Notes under the pieces: generated by a model
The model's input: the letters and a program-made list of their open reading frames with translations, nothing else
Told to the model about the DNA's origin: nothing
The model's database searches: none
Assembly (NCBI RefSeq): GCF_004765795.1
Contig: NZ_SBIV01000001.1
Coordinates: forward strand, 62,001-126,000
Source: Halorussus marinus
GTDB lineage: Archaea > Halobacteriota > Halobacteria > Halobacteriales > Haladaptataceae
Length of the DNA: 64,000 bases
Direction: 5' to 3'
Shown here: positions 1 through 9,480 of the stretch, in pieces
How the letters are laid out: each line of letters opens with the position of its first letter
Numbering within the stretch: position 1 is the stretch's first letter
Position numbers and translations under genes: made by a program

Positions 1-954
1 GCGCTCGGCGTCGACGCGGAGCTCTGTTATTTCGGAGAGATCTCCCACCAGGAGAACCGGGCGTTCGTCAATCTCCTCGAGATCGACCTCCGGCACCTCG
101 ACCCCGAGGACTTCGACCGCTCGGAGTTCGGGGGGATCGCGCTGGTCGACCACTCCAGACCGGGGGTCAACGATCAGCTTCCGGCCGACACCCCCGTCGA
201 CATCGTCGTCGACCACCACCCGCCGAAAGAGCCGGTCGAGGCGACGTTCGTCGACCTGCGGCGCAACGTGGGCGCGACCTCGACCCTGCTCGCCGAGCAC
301 GTCCAGCGGTTGGGGATCGAACTCACCGAGGACGTCGCGACGGGACTGCTGTACGGTATCCGAGTCGACACCAAGGACTTCGCCCGCGAGGTCTCGATCG
401 CGGACTTCGAGGCCGCCTCCTTCCTGTTGCCCCACGCCGACACCGGCGTCCTCGACCGCGTCGAGAGCCCCTCGGTCAGCGCCGACACCTTCGAGACGAT
501 CGCCCGAGCCATTCGAAATCGACGCATCGAGGGCACCGTGCTCGCGAGTTGCGTCGGGTCGCTCTCCGATCGGGACGCGCTGGCCCAAGCCGCCGACCGA
601 CTGCTCGACATGGAACAGGTGACGACCACCCTCGTCTACGGCTTTATGGACGGGACGGTGTTCGTCTCCGCGCGCTCGCGGGGGACCGACATCGATCTCG
701 GCGAGACGGTGCGGGCGGCGTTCGGCCAGATCGGGAGCGCCGGTGGTCACGCCGACATGGCGGGCGCCCAGATCCCGCTGGGACTGCTCGGGGAAGTCGA
801 AGACGAAGAAGAGTCGTCGCTGACCGAGGTGGTCAGCGAGGTGATCACCGACCGCTTTTTCGAGACGGTGCGTTCGATCCCCGAAGATGACGGGGAGTAC
901 GCCCGCGAGGGCGAGATGCGGTTCGACACCCCGGTCGCCGAACCCGAGGACTGA
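1..954 (+). CDS. DHH/DHHA1 family phosphoesterase (5' end outside window)
   Basis: Frame open from base 1; VVDHH motif, GATST, GIRVDT and C-terminal SAGGH (DHHA1). Confidence 0.9.
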   Translation, partial: ALGVDAELCYFGEISHQENRAFVNLLEIDLRHLDPEDFDRSEFGGIALVDHSRPGVNDQLPADTPVDIVVDHHPPKEPVEATFVDLRRNVGATSTLLAEHVQRLGIELTEDVATGLLYGIRVDTKDFAREVSIADFEAASFLLPHADTGVLDRVESPSVSADTFETIARAIRNRRIEGTVLASCVGSLSDRDALAQAADRLLDMEQVTTTLVYGFMDGTVFVSARSRGTDIDLGETVRAAFGQIGSAGGHADMAGAQIPLGLLGEVEDEEESSLTEVVSEVITDRFFETVRSIPEDDGEYAREGEMRFDTPVAEPED

Positions 955-975
955 GCCGGCCCGGCGCCCGAGCGA

Positions 976-2964
976 TCAGTCGCCGACCTTCGTCTGGATG
1001 TCCTCGACGACGTCGGGGTTGCGTAGCGTCGAGGTGTTGCCGAGTTCCTCGCCGTTCGCGATGTCTTCGAGCAGTCGGCGCATGATCTTGCCCGATCGAG
1101 TCTTCGGCAGTTCGGGCGTGAACACGACCTGTTCGGGGCGGGCGATCGGACCGATCGCGTCCTCGACGCCCTCGACGATCCGCGAGCGCATCTCCTCGTC
1201 GCCCTCGTAGCCGTCCTCGGTGATCACGTACGCGTAGACGGCCTCGCCTTTGATCTCGTGGTCGCCCCCGACGACCGCGGCCTCGGCGACGCCCTCGACG
1301 CCGACGATCGCCGACTCGATCTCCATCGTCCCCAGCCGGTGGCCCGAGACGTTGAGCACGTCGTCGACCCGGCCCAGTACCGTGATGTAGCCGTCGTCGT
1401 CGATCTTCGCGCCGTCCTCCGGGAAGTACACCCAGTCGTCGGGGTCCTCGGAGTCGGTGTCCGAGTACTCCGCCCAGTACTCGTCGACGTAGCGCTCGTC
1501 GTTGTCGTAGAGGGTGCGGAGCATGCCGGGCCAGGGCTTGTTGACGGTGAGATAACCCGCGCGGCCCGCCTCGACCTCCTCGCCCTCGGTGTCGACGATC
1601 CGGACGTCGACGCCCGGGAGCGGCGGGCCCGCGCTTCCGGGCTTCATCGTTTTGACGCCGGGCAGCGTGGTCACCATCATGCCGCCGGTCTCGGTCTGCC
1701 ACCATGTATCGACGATGGGACACGACTCGTCGCCGATGTGCTTGTAGTACCACTTCCACGCCCGCGGGTTGATGGGTTCGCCCACCGTCCCGAGCAAGCG
1801 CAACGACGAGAGATCGTGGTCGTCGGGGTACTCGGTGCCCCACTTCATGAACGCCCGGATGGCGGTGGGCGCGGTGTACAGCTGGGTCGCCTCGTACTCC
1901 TCGACGATCTCCCAGAGGCGGTCGCGCTCGGGGTAGTCCGGGGTGCCCTCGTACATCATCGTCGTCGTCCCCAGCGCGAGCGGGCCGTAGACGATGTACG
2001 AGTGGCCGGTGATCCAGCCGATGTCCGCCGAGCAAAAGTACGTGTCCTCGGGCTTGATGTCCAGTACGGCCTGGGAGGTCCAGGCGGCCCAGGACAGGTA
2101 GCCGCCGGTCGTGTGCTTGACGCCCTTTGGCTTGCCGGTCGTGCCCGAGGTGTACATCAAGAACAGCATGTCTTCGGCGTCGCGGGCGACCGGCTCGACC
2201 GTCGCGCCCTCGTGGTCGGCGACGAGGTCCCGATAGTAACGTTCGCCGTCAGCCAGCTCGTGGCCGTGGTCGTCCTCGCCCAGTCGGTCGACCACCACGA
2301 TGTCCGACACCTCGTGGCCGACGTCGGCGAGCCCCTCGCGGGTCTTCTCGTAGTGGTCGAGGGGGTCGCCCCGCCGGTAGTAGCCGTTTGCGGTGACCAG
2401 ATACTCCGAGTCGGCGCTCTCCATCCGGGTCGCGAGCGCTTCGGCGGAGAACCCCGCGAACACGACGCTGTGGGGCGCGCCGATGCGAGCGCACGCCAGC
2501 ATCGCGATCGGGAGCTCGGGGATCATCGGCATGTACATCGTCACGACGTCGTCCTCGCCGACCCCGAGGTCGCGAAGCGCGGCCGCGAACTCGTTGACCT
2601 CCCGGTGAAGCTCCTCGTAGGTGTAGGTGCGGTCGTCCTCGTCGGTGGGCTCGCCGACCCACTCGATCGCGGGCTCGTCGCCGCGCTCCTCGAGGTGCCG
2701 GTCCAGACAGTTCGCGGAGGCGTTCAGCTCCCCGCCGGTGAACCACTCGTAGAACGGCGGGTTCGAGTCGTCGAGTACCGTATCGTACTCCTCGTCCCAG
2801 TCGAGGAGGTCGGCGGCCCGCTCCCAGCACTCGGGCCAGTTCTGTTCGAACTCCTCGTAGATCGACTCGTCGGCGACGTTCGCCTGCTCGACGAACTCGG
2901 CCGGCGGCTCGAACGCGTCCTGTTCTGCCAGTCGCGCTTCGAGTTCCACGGTATCGTCAGACAT
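976..2964 (-). CDS. acs: Acetate--CoA ligase (AMP-forming acetyl-CoA synthetase)
   Basis: YTSGTTGKPKG, DTWWQTETGG, PKTRSGKIMRR motifs; 662 aa. Confidence 0.97.
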   Translation of the reverse strand: MSDDTVELEARLAEQDAFEPPAEFVEQANVADESIYEEFEQNWPECWERAADLLDWDEEYDTVLDDSNPPFYEWFTGGELNASANCLDRHLEERGDEPAIEWVGEPTDEDDRTYTYEELHREVNEFAAALRDLGVGEDDVVTMYMPMIPELPIAMLACARIGAPHSVVFAGFSAEALATRMESADSEYLVTANGYYRRGDPLDHYEKTREGLADVGHEVSDIVVVDRLGEDDHGHELADGERYYRDLVADHEGATVEPVARDAEDMLFLMYTSGTTGKPKGVKHTTGGYLSWAAWTSQAVLDIKPEDTYFCSADIGWITGHSYIVYGPLALGTTTMMYEGTPDYPERDRLWEIVEEYEATQLYTAPTAIRAFMKWGTEYPDDHDLSSLRLLGTVGEPINPRAWKWYYKHIGDESCPIVDTWWQTETGGMMVTTLPGVKTMKPGSAGPPLPGVDVRIVDTEGEEVEAGRAGYLTVNKPWPGMLRTLYDNDERYVDEYWAEYSDTDSEDPDDWVYFPEDGAKIDDDGYITVLGRVDDVLNVSGHRLGTMEIESAIVGVEGVAEAAVVGGDHEIKGEAVYAYVITEDGYEGDEEMRSRIVEGVEDAIGPIARPEQVVFTPELPKTRSGKIMRRLLEDIANGEELGNTSTLRNPDVVEDIQTKVGD

Positions 2965-3079
2965 AGGGTCGTCCTAAACCTCTCTAAGGAGAGTAATAAA
3001 GCTTGCCGAGAAGTGCCACACTGTCGGAGGGGGCCGGCTTCGAGCCGCCGGTCGCGGGAAACGGGCGGTTGCGCGTCGC

Positions 3080-3298
3080 TCAGTTGAGCGCGTCCACTTC
3101 CTCGGTGAGGTCTTCGGGGCCGTCGACCGGCCCCCTGACGAACAGCCCGTGCCCGATCAGCGCCGCGGCGAGCAGGCCTGCGAGGGTGATCGCGGTCGGC
3201 AGCGCCAGCGCGGTCAGGTAGCCGACCGCGGCGCCGCCGGCCATCGTCGCGATGATGGCGACGAGCACGAGATCGTAGTACTGGACGGTGTAGCTCAC
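3080..3298 (-). CDS. Small two-helix membrane protein (72 aa)
   Basis: GTG start, YYDLVL...GHGLFVRGPVD...EEVDALN; two hydrophobic segments and an acidic tail. Confidence 0.75.
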   Translation of the reverse strand: MSYTVQYYDLVLVAIIATMAGGAAVGYLTALALPTAITLAGLLAAALIGHGLFVRGPVDGPEDLTEEVDALN

Positions 3299-3339
3299 AC
3301 CGAGACTGTGATCGCCGCCTCGGAAAACCGTTTGGACTG

Positions 3340-5040
3340 TCAGGCCACGTTGACGGTCTCCTGATAGCTCCCGTACTCGGCCTCGAACACCTGCATGATC
3401 TCGCCCATCGTGGCGTAGGCCTTCACGGCGTCGACGATCGACGGCATCACGTTGCGATCGTCGTCGATCGCGTCCTGCAGGTCGGCCAGCGCCGCCTCGA
3501 CCGCCTCGTCGTCGCGTTCGTCTTTGACCGCGGCCAGCCGTTCGCGCTGGCGCTGTTGGACCGTCTCGTCGACCTTGAGGATGTCCGGCCGGGTGTCCTC
3601 GTCGATCTCGTACTTGTTGACCCCGACGACCGTCTCCTCGCCGTCCTCGACGCGTTCTTGGTACTCGTAGGAGGCGTCCTGTATCTCGCGGTGGAAGTAC
3701 CCCTGCTCGATGCCCGCGAGCACGCCGTCCCGGACCGACCCGTCGCCCATCTCTTTGATCTCCTCGATGTACGCCATCGCCTTCTCCTCGACCTCGTCGG
3801 TCAGGCTCTCGACCGCGAACGACCCGCCGAGCGGGTCGACCATGTCGGCGGCGCCCGACTCCTCGGCGATTATCTGCTGGGTCCGGAGCGCGACCCGGAC
3901 CGCCTTCTCGGACGGGAGCGCCAGCGCCTCGTCGAAGCTGTTGGTGTGGAGGCTCTGGGTGCCGCCCAGCACCCCGGCGAGCGCCTGAATCGTCACTCGC
4001 ACGACGTTGTTGAGCGGCTGTTGGGCGGTCAGGCTCTGGCCGGCGGTCTGGGTGTGGAACTTGAGTTGTTTGCTCGCCTCGGCCTCGGCGCCGTACCACT
4101 CGCCCATCACGGTCGCGTAGATCCGCCGGGCGGCCCGGAACTTCGCGACCTCCTCGAAGATGGCGTTGTGGGAGTTGAAGAAAAAGGACAGTTGGGGCGC
4201 GAACTCGTCGACGTCGAGCCCGCGGTCCAGACAGTCCTCGACGTACGCGAACCCGTCGGCGAGCGTGAACGCGAGCTCCTGGACCGCGGTCGAGCCCGCC
4301 TCCCGGATGTGATAGCCCGAGATGGAGATCGGCTTGATATTGGGAGTCTCCTCGACCGCGAACTCGACGGTGTCGGTCACGATGTCAAGCGAGGGCTCGG
4401 GGGGAATCACCCACTCTTTCTGGGCGATGAACTCCTTGAGCATGTCGTTTTGCATGGTGCCCCGGAGCTCCTCGCGGGGGATCCCCTGCTGGTCGGCAAG
4501 CGCGATGTACATCGCGTAGATCACGGGCGCCGAGGGGTTGATCGTAAAGGAGGTCGAGACCTCCGAGAGGTCGATGCCGTCGAACAGAATCTCCATGTCC
4601 CGGAGGGTGTCGACCGCGACGCCCTCCTTGCCGACCTCCCCGTCCGAGAGGGGGTCGTCGGAGTCTTTGCCCATCAGGCTCGGCATGTCGAACGCCGTCG
4701 AGAGGCCGGTCTGGCCCTCGTCGATCAGGTAGTGGAACCGCTCGTTGGTCTCCTCGGCGGTGCCGAACCCCGCGAACTGTCGCATCGTCCACGTCCGGCC
4801 CCGATACATCGTCGGGTACGGCCCCCGGGTGTAGGGCTCCTCGCCGGGAAAGCCCAGATCCTCTTCGTAGTCGAGGTCGGCGACGTCGTCGGGCGTGTAC
4901 AGCCGGTCGACTTCGAGGTTCGAGACGGTCGCGAACCGGTCTTTGCGCTCGCCGTACGCGTCGAGGACCGGACCGAGGGTCTCGTCTTCCCACTCGTCCT
5001 TCGCGTCGCGTATCTCCGCGAGGTCGTCCTCGTCGTACAT
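3340..5040 (-). CDS. Methylmalonyl-CoA mutase family, substrate-binding (large) subunit
   Basis: PYTRGPYPTMYRGRTWTMRQFAGF, GYHIREAG, QSLHTNSFDEALALP; no B12-binding domain, so split type. Confidence 0.95.
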   Translation of the reverse strand: MYDEDDLAEIRDAKDEWEDETLGPVLDAYGERKDRFATVSNLEVDRLYTPDDVADLDYEEDLGFPGEEPYTRGPYPTMYRGRTWTMRQFAGFGTAEETNERFHYLIDEGQTGLSTAFDMPSLMGKDSDDPLSDGEVGKEGVAVDTLRDMEILFDGIDLSEVSTSFTINPSAPVIYAMYIALADQQGIPREELRGTMQNDMLKEFIAQKEWVIPPEPSLDIVTDTVEFAVEETPNIKPISISGYHIREAGSTAVQELAFTLADGFAYVEDCLDRGLDVDEFAPQLSFFFNSHNAIFEEVAKFRAARRIYATVMGEWYGAEAEASKQLKFHTQTAGQSLTAQQPLNNVVRVTIQALAGVLGGTQSLHTNSFDEALALPSEKAVRVALRTQQIIAEESGAADMVDPLGGSFAVESLTDEVEEKAMAYIEEIKEMGDGSVRDGVLAGIEQGYFHREIQDASYEYQERVEDGEETVVGVNKYEIDEDTRPDILKVDETVQQRQRERLAAVKDERDDEAVEAALADLQDAIDDDRNVMPSIVDAVKAYATMGEIMQVFEAEYGSYQETVNVA

Positions 5041-5125
5041 ACGTCAACATTTGCCCGAGGGCTAATTAATATGAGTGGGTCGTTGCGGTCCGTCGGCGTC
5101 GCGGAACACAGCCGGTGGCCGGCCG

Positions 5126-5953
5126 CTACTGGAGGCGCTTGGTCGTCTCGACCAGCGGGTGGCGGGCGTAGTCGACCACCTTCACGTCGTCGATCGTTTC
5201 GAGACCCTCCTTCTCGGCGGTCTTCTCCATCCCGAGCTCGACCACCTCGTCGACCACGATCACGTACGCGTCCATCTCCTCGATGTCGAGGCGGTCGGCC
5301 GCCAGCGCCCGGTGGTGGCCGTCGGCCAACAGGAAATCGGTTCCCTCGCGCGTCGCGTGTTCGATGACGACCAGCGGCTCGGCGAGCCCGCGTTCGAGCT
5401 CGTAGGACCGACCTTCGAGCTCGTCGGCGTACACCTTCCCCTGCGTGGGAGTGAGTTCGTCGAGCGGGATCTCGCGGCGGGTCTGTTCGACCTCGGTGTC
5501 GTGGATCGATTCGAGGGTCCGCATCAGCTTTCCGACCTTCTCGGGGGTCGCGCGCTCGATCTGCGAGCGGATCACGTCGGTGTTCGAGATGATCCCGACG
5601 AGGTTGCCCGCGTCGTCGACCACCGGGAGCTTCTGGATGCCCGACCGGAGGATCACTCTGGCGGCGTCGTTGACGTCCATGTCGGGGTGGGCGACGATGA
5701 GCTCCTGGCTCATCACCTTGAAGATCGGCTCCTGCGGGTCGGCCAGCAGCATGTCGCGGGCGGTGATGAACCCCTCGACGCGCCGTCCGTCACACACCGG
5801 AAAGCCGTTGTGCTCGTTGCTCTCGGCGATGCGACGGGATACCTCCTCGACGCTGTCGTCGGGCGTGACCGTCGCCACGTCGCGGGTCATGTAGTCTTTG
5901 ACCTTCGGTTTGCTCCCGGAGAGGCCGCCGTCTGCCACTGCCGACACGTCCAT
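5126..5953 (-). CDS. CBS-pair plus ParB/sulfiredoxin-like domain protein
   Basis: Two CBS repeats (VKDYMTRDV; LPVVDDAGNLVGII) followed by LTPTQ...LADGHHR. Confidence 0.88.
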   Translation of the reverse strand: MDVSAVADGGLSGSKPKVKDYMTRDVATVTPDDSVEEVSRRIAESNEHNGFPVCDGRRVEGFITARDMLLADPQEPIFKVMSQELIVAHPDMDVNDAARVILRSGIQKLPVVDDAGNLVGIISNTDVIRSQIERATPEKVGKLMRTLESIHDTEVEQTRREIPLDELTPTQGKVYADELEGRSYELERGLAEPLVVIEHATREGTDFLLADGHHRALAADRLDIEEMDAYVIVVDEVVELGMEKTAEKEGLETIDDVKVVDYARHPLVETTKRLQ

Positions 5954-6018
5954 ACCGCAACGTTGTGCCGGCCGGTGAAAAGGTTATCCCGAGCGGTTCG
6001 CCGGCCGGGGCGGGCCTC

Positions 6019-6291
6019 TCAGCTCTGTTCGCCGGCCCGTTCGGCGTCGACCCGTCGCGAGACGTACGCGACCAGCCCCAGCAGGACTCCGAGTATCAGA
6101 CCGATGGTGGTCGCGCCGTAGACCGCCAGCCCGAGCGGCGTGGGCTGGATGTCGACCAGTCCGAACAGCGCGACCGGGGTGAGGTCGTCGGGTCCGAACG
6201 CGCCGAGTATCGCGCCGACGACGCCGGTGATCCCGACGATGACGGCGTAGAGCGCGACCACGATCGACCGCCCGCGGAGCGTCCCAGTCAC
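6019..6291 (-). CDS. Small two-TM membrane protein of the oxidase cluster
   Basis: GTG start at 6291, two hydrophobic helices. Confidence 0.7.
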   Translation of the reverse strand: MTGTLRGRSIVVALYAVIVGITGVVGAILGAFGPDDLTPVALFGLVDIQPTPLGLAVYGATTIGLILGVLLGLVAYVSRRVDAERAGEQS

Positions 6292-6352
6292 GGCCGAACG
6301 TCGGGCGGGCGGAAGGATTAGCCTTTTCATCCGGTCGGCGCGTAGCACGAAC

Positions 6353-6439
6353 GTGACCGAAAAAGACCTCCTCGCCCTGCTGTTGGGGGGACTCGCGATC
6401 CTCATGTTCGCCATGGGGATCATCCTCGCGGTGACGTGA
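6353..6439 (+). CDS. Candidate 28-aa single-TM microprotein (MTEKDLLALLLGGLAILMFAMGIILAVT)
   Basis: GTG...TGA, one clean TM helix, GC-rich third positions, TTTTCAT about 25 nt upstream; missing from the ORF track. Confidence 0.55.
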   Translation: MTEKDLLALLLGGLAILMFAMGIILAVT

Positions 6440-6509
6440 GCCTCCCGGTCGCCGGTGGAGACCAGCGGCGAGACGAGACGAACTGAAACGACGGAAAAAC
6501 GCGGCCGCG

Positions 6510-8318
6510 TTACTCTTCTTCGCTACGCCGACCGGAGCGAGAGCCGGTCTCCTCGCCGCTCGGCTCGCCGCCGTCGGTGCGGACGTCCTGCTCGTTCGGT
6601 TCGCCGCCGTCGGTGGCGATGGCGGTCTCGCGCTTGCGCTCGAACCACGTCCACTCCTTGGTCTTGAGCCCGTCGTCTTCGAGGTCCCACGGGTCGCCCG
6701 AGCCGACGCGGGGGCCTTCGAGCCACGACGTCACGAGGTTCCAGACGAAGACCAGCTGGCCGAACGCCATGATGAAGGCGCCGACGGTCGCGACGAGGTG
6801 CCAGTCGGTGAACTGCGGGAGGTAGGTGGCGTACCGCCGGGGCATCCCGCCGTACCCCAGGAACAGCATCGCGAAGAACGTCAGGTTCGAACCGATCATG
6901 GTGGTCCAGAAGTGCACCTTCGCGAGGGTCTTCTGGTACATCCGGCCGGTGAAAAGCGGGAACCAGTAGTAGATACCCGCGAACCCGGCGACAGCGATCG
7001 CGCCCATCACGATGAAGTGGAAGTGCCCGACCACGTAGTAGGTGTCGTGGAGCACGAGGTCGACGGGGACCGACGCGAGGAAGACGCCGGTCACCCCGCC
7101 GATGATGAAGTTCTGGACGAATCCGATGCAAAACAGCATCGGGGCGGTCAGCCGGAGCCGGCCGTTCCACATGGTGGTGATCCAGTTGAAGGTCTTGACC
7201 GCCGACGGCACCGCGATCGCCAACGACACCGCCATGAACGACGCCCGGATCCGGGGGTCCATCCCGGTCGAGAACATGTGGTGGGCCCACACCCCGAACG
7301 AGAGGACGCCGATCGCCAGCGTCGAGTAGACCACGAACTTGAATCCGAACAGCTTCCGGCCCGCAAATCTGGGCAAGATCAGGCTCACCAGTCCCATCGG
7401 CGGTAACACGAGGATGTACACCTCGGGGTGGCCGAAGAACCAGAACAGGTGTTGCCACAGCATCGGGCCGCCGCCCTCGACCGCGAAGAACATCGTCCCG
7501 AAGTTCCGGTCGAGGAGCAACATCACCAGCGCGCTCCCCAGCAGCGGGAACGAGAACAGGATGAGCCCCGACTGGGTCAGCATCGTCCACGAGAAGATGT
7601 CGAGGCGCTCCCAGCCGACCTCATCGCCGCGCTCGGTGAAGATGGTCGCGATGAAGTTGATCGCACCCATCGTCGCCGACACTCCAGAGAGGTGGAGTCC
7701 GAGCAACATCAGGTCGACCCCGGGGTTGGCCTGCTCGACCGACAGCGGCGTGTACATCGTCCAGCTGGTCTCGGCGGGCGCGATGCCGATGTCGGTCGCC
7801 GCCAGCGGGAAGCCGATCCAGATGAGGATGGCGGCCGGCGGGAGCAACCAGAACGCGATGGCGTTGATCCGGGGAAACGCCATGTCGTCGGCTCCGATCA
7901 AAAGCGGGATGAAGTAGTTGCCGAACGCCGCGATGATCGGCGTTCCGAACAGGAACAGCATCGTGATCCCGTGGGTCGTCAGCAGGGCGTTGTAGAAGTT
8001 CGCACCGATGATGGCCTCGGTCGGCGTGGCCAGTTCGGTCCGCATCAGCAGGACCGCGATGCCGCCCCACGCGAACGCGGTGAGGCCGTAGAGCCCGTAG
8101 AGAATGCCGATGTCCTTGTGGTCGACCGTGGTCAGCCAACGGCTGATCCCGGATGGCTTCTCTTGGTGTGCTTGCCCAGTCTGTTCGCCGACGTAGCCGC
8201 CACCGCTCGCGATGGGGGCGTACGACCGCCAGTCCTCGAAGCGCGTGAGGAACGCGGCGACCGCGAGGAGGAACACCCCCATGACGACGGTAAGTGCTAT
8301 TTGCCCGGCTTCTACCAT
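6510..8318 (-). CDS. coxA: Heme-copper (cytochrome c-type) oxidase subunit I
   Basis: TVDHKDIG, WFFGHPEVY, VWAHHMF, HDTYYVVGHFH, GMPRRY. Confidence 0.97.
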   Translation of the reverse strand: MVEAGQIALTVVMGVFLLAVAAFLTRFEDWRSYAPIASGGGYVGEQTGQAHQEKPSGISRWLTTVDHKDIGILYGLYGLTAFAWGGIAVLLMRTELATPTEAIIGANFYNALLTTHGITMLFLFGTPIIAAFGNYFIPLLIGADDMAFPRINAIAFWLLPPAAILIWIGFPLAATDIGIAPAETSWTMYTPLSVEQANPGVDLMLLGLHLSGVSATMGAINFIATIFTERGDEVGWERLDIFSWTMLTQSGLILFSFPLLGSALVMLLLDRNFGTMFFAVEGGGPMLWQHLFWFFGHPEVYILVLPPMGLVSLILPRFAGRKLFGFKFVVYSTLAIGVLSFGVWAHHMFSTGMDPRIRASFMAVSLAIAVPSAVKTFNWITTMWNGRLRLTAPMLFCIGFVQNFIIGGVTGVFLASVPVDLVLHDTYYVVGHFHFIVMGAIAVAGFAGIYYWFPLFTGRMYQKTLAKVHFWTTMIGSNLTFFAMLFLGYGGMPRRYATYLPQFTDWHLVATVGAFIMAFGQLVFVWNLVTSWLEGPRVGSGDPWDLEDDGLKTKEWTWFERKRETAIATDGGEPNEQDVRTDGGEPSGEETGSRSGRRSEEE

Positions 8319-8486
8319 ACCGCAGAGTCAGGACTACAACGTAAAGAAAGGTTAGGTTCCGTCGCCGCCAGTGCGGCGGGCGATTACGAGATGAAAGAGC
8401 ACGGACGGTATCCGATCGAGTAGATCGCTCGCTCGTCCGTCAGGTCGTAGACTCGCGAACCTAGAGCGGTCGCGTCGACGCGGCGA

Positions 8487-8711
8487 TCAGGCCTCGGCGC
8501 CCTCGATGAGCGAGGCCGCGATGTAAGTGAGATACGCCAGCAACAGGAAGGGGACGATCAGCAGGCCGTAGCCGATGACGGAGGTCAGCCCCTCAATCTC
8601 CCAGGGCGTGGCGACCGTAAACAGCGCGATGAAGAACCCGATGATGAGAAGCGGGATGATGTTGACCGAGATGTCGAGCCACGTCTCGCGTTCGAACAGC
8701 GGTGTTGCCAT
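8487..8711 (-). CDS. Small two-TM protein of the oxidase cluster
   Basis: 74 aa, FERETWLDISVNIIPL followed by two hydrophobic helices. Confidence 0.75.
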   Translation of the reverse strand: MATPLFERETWLDISVNIIPLLIIGFFIALFTVATPWEIEGLTSVIGYGLLIVPFLLLAYLTYIAASLIEGAEA

Positions 8712-8760
8712 GCTCGGGTGTTACGAGCGGGGTCTCAAATAAATTGCCGATTCGTCCGGG

Positions 8761-9120
8761 TCAGGCGGCGGCCGGCTCCCAGAACGAGCCGAACACGCCC
8801 GCGAGCAACACTAACAGCCCGCCGACCAGCACGGCAATCCCCCGGAGACGGACGGCGTTCGTCGTGGTCAACGCGACCGCGCCGCCGACCGCGAGACAGA
8901 TCACCGACGCCGTGACCAGCCCCTTCCACGGGTCCGCGACGTACCCGGATTCGCGCAGGATGCCCACGACGCTCCCGACGAACAGCAAGAGACCGCCGAC
9001 CGCGACTGGGAACAGCGCCATGACGATGCCCACTTCGAAGATTGCGAGTCCGAACGCCACGAACACCGGCCACGGGCTGGCCTTGCGATACTCGTCGCTC
9101 AGTCCCGGTTGCTCGTCCAT
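8761..9120 (-). CDS. Four-TM membrane protein of the oxidase cluster
   Basis: GLSDEYRKASPWP...ESGYV; four hydrophobic segments. Confidence 0.8.
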   Translation of the reverse strand: MDEQPGLSDEYRKASPWPVFVAFGLAIFEVGIVMALFPVAVGGLLLFVGSVVGILRESGYVADPWKGLVTASVICLAVGGAVALTTTNAVRLRGIAVLVGGLLVLLAGVFGSFWEPAAA

Positions 9121-9144
9121 ACCAGTAGTTGCGGACGGCGCCGA

Positions 9145-9480
9145 CTAAAGCGCTCCGACTATCGGCCCGCGAGCGGTCGCGACCATCCCGGCGCTGATGG
9201 GGTCGGTCGTCACGTACGAGTAGACGAATAGGAACGCGAAGTAAAGCACCACCAGCAGGCCCAAGAGCTTGAGCCGGAAGCTCCGAAGGCTCTCGCTTTC
9301 GGCCGCGTAGGTCTCGCGGAACCGCTCGCGCTCGTCGTCGTCGAGTCGCTCCCAGTGGTCGAGGCCCTTGTGGAGCGTGAGCAACTCGGCGCTCTCCAGC
9401 GGGCGCTGACAGTACGGGCACTCCGCGGGCGATTCGTCCGGCGGGACGCGGGTCTCGTGGGTGGCTGTCTCTGAGCTCAT
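9145..9480 (-). CDS. C2H2-type zinc finger membrane protein
   Basis: CPYC...LHKGLDH plus a C-terminal TM helix; overlaps the upstream gene by 4 nt. Confidence 0.8.
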   Translation of the reverse strand: MSSETATHETRVPPDESPAECPYCQRPLESAELLTLHKGLDHWERLDDDERERFRETYAAESESLRSFRLKLLGLLVVLYFAFLFVYSYVTTDPISAGMVATARGPIVGAL

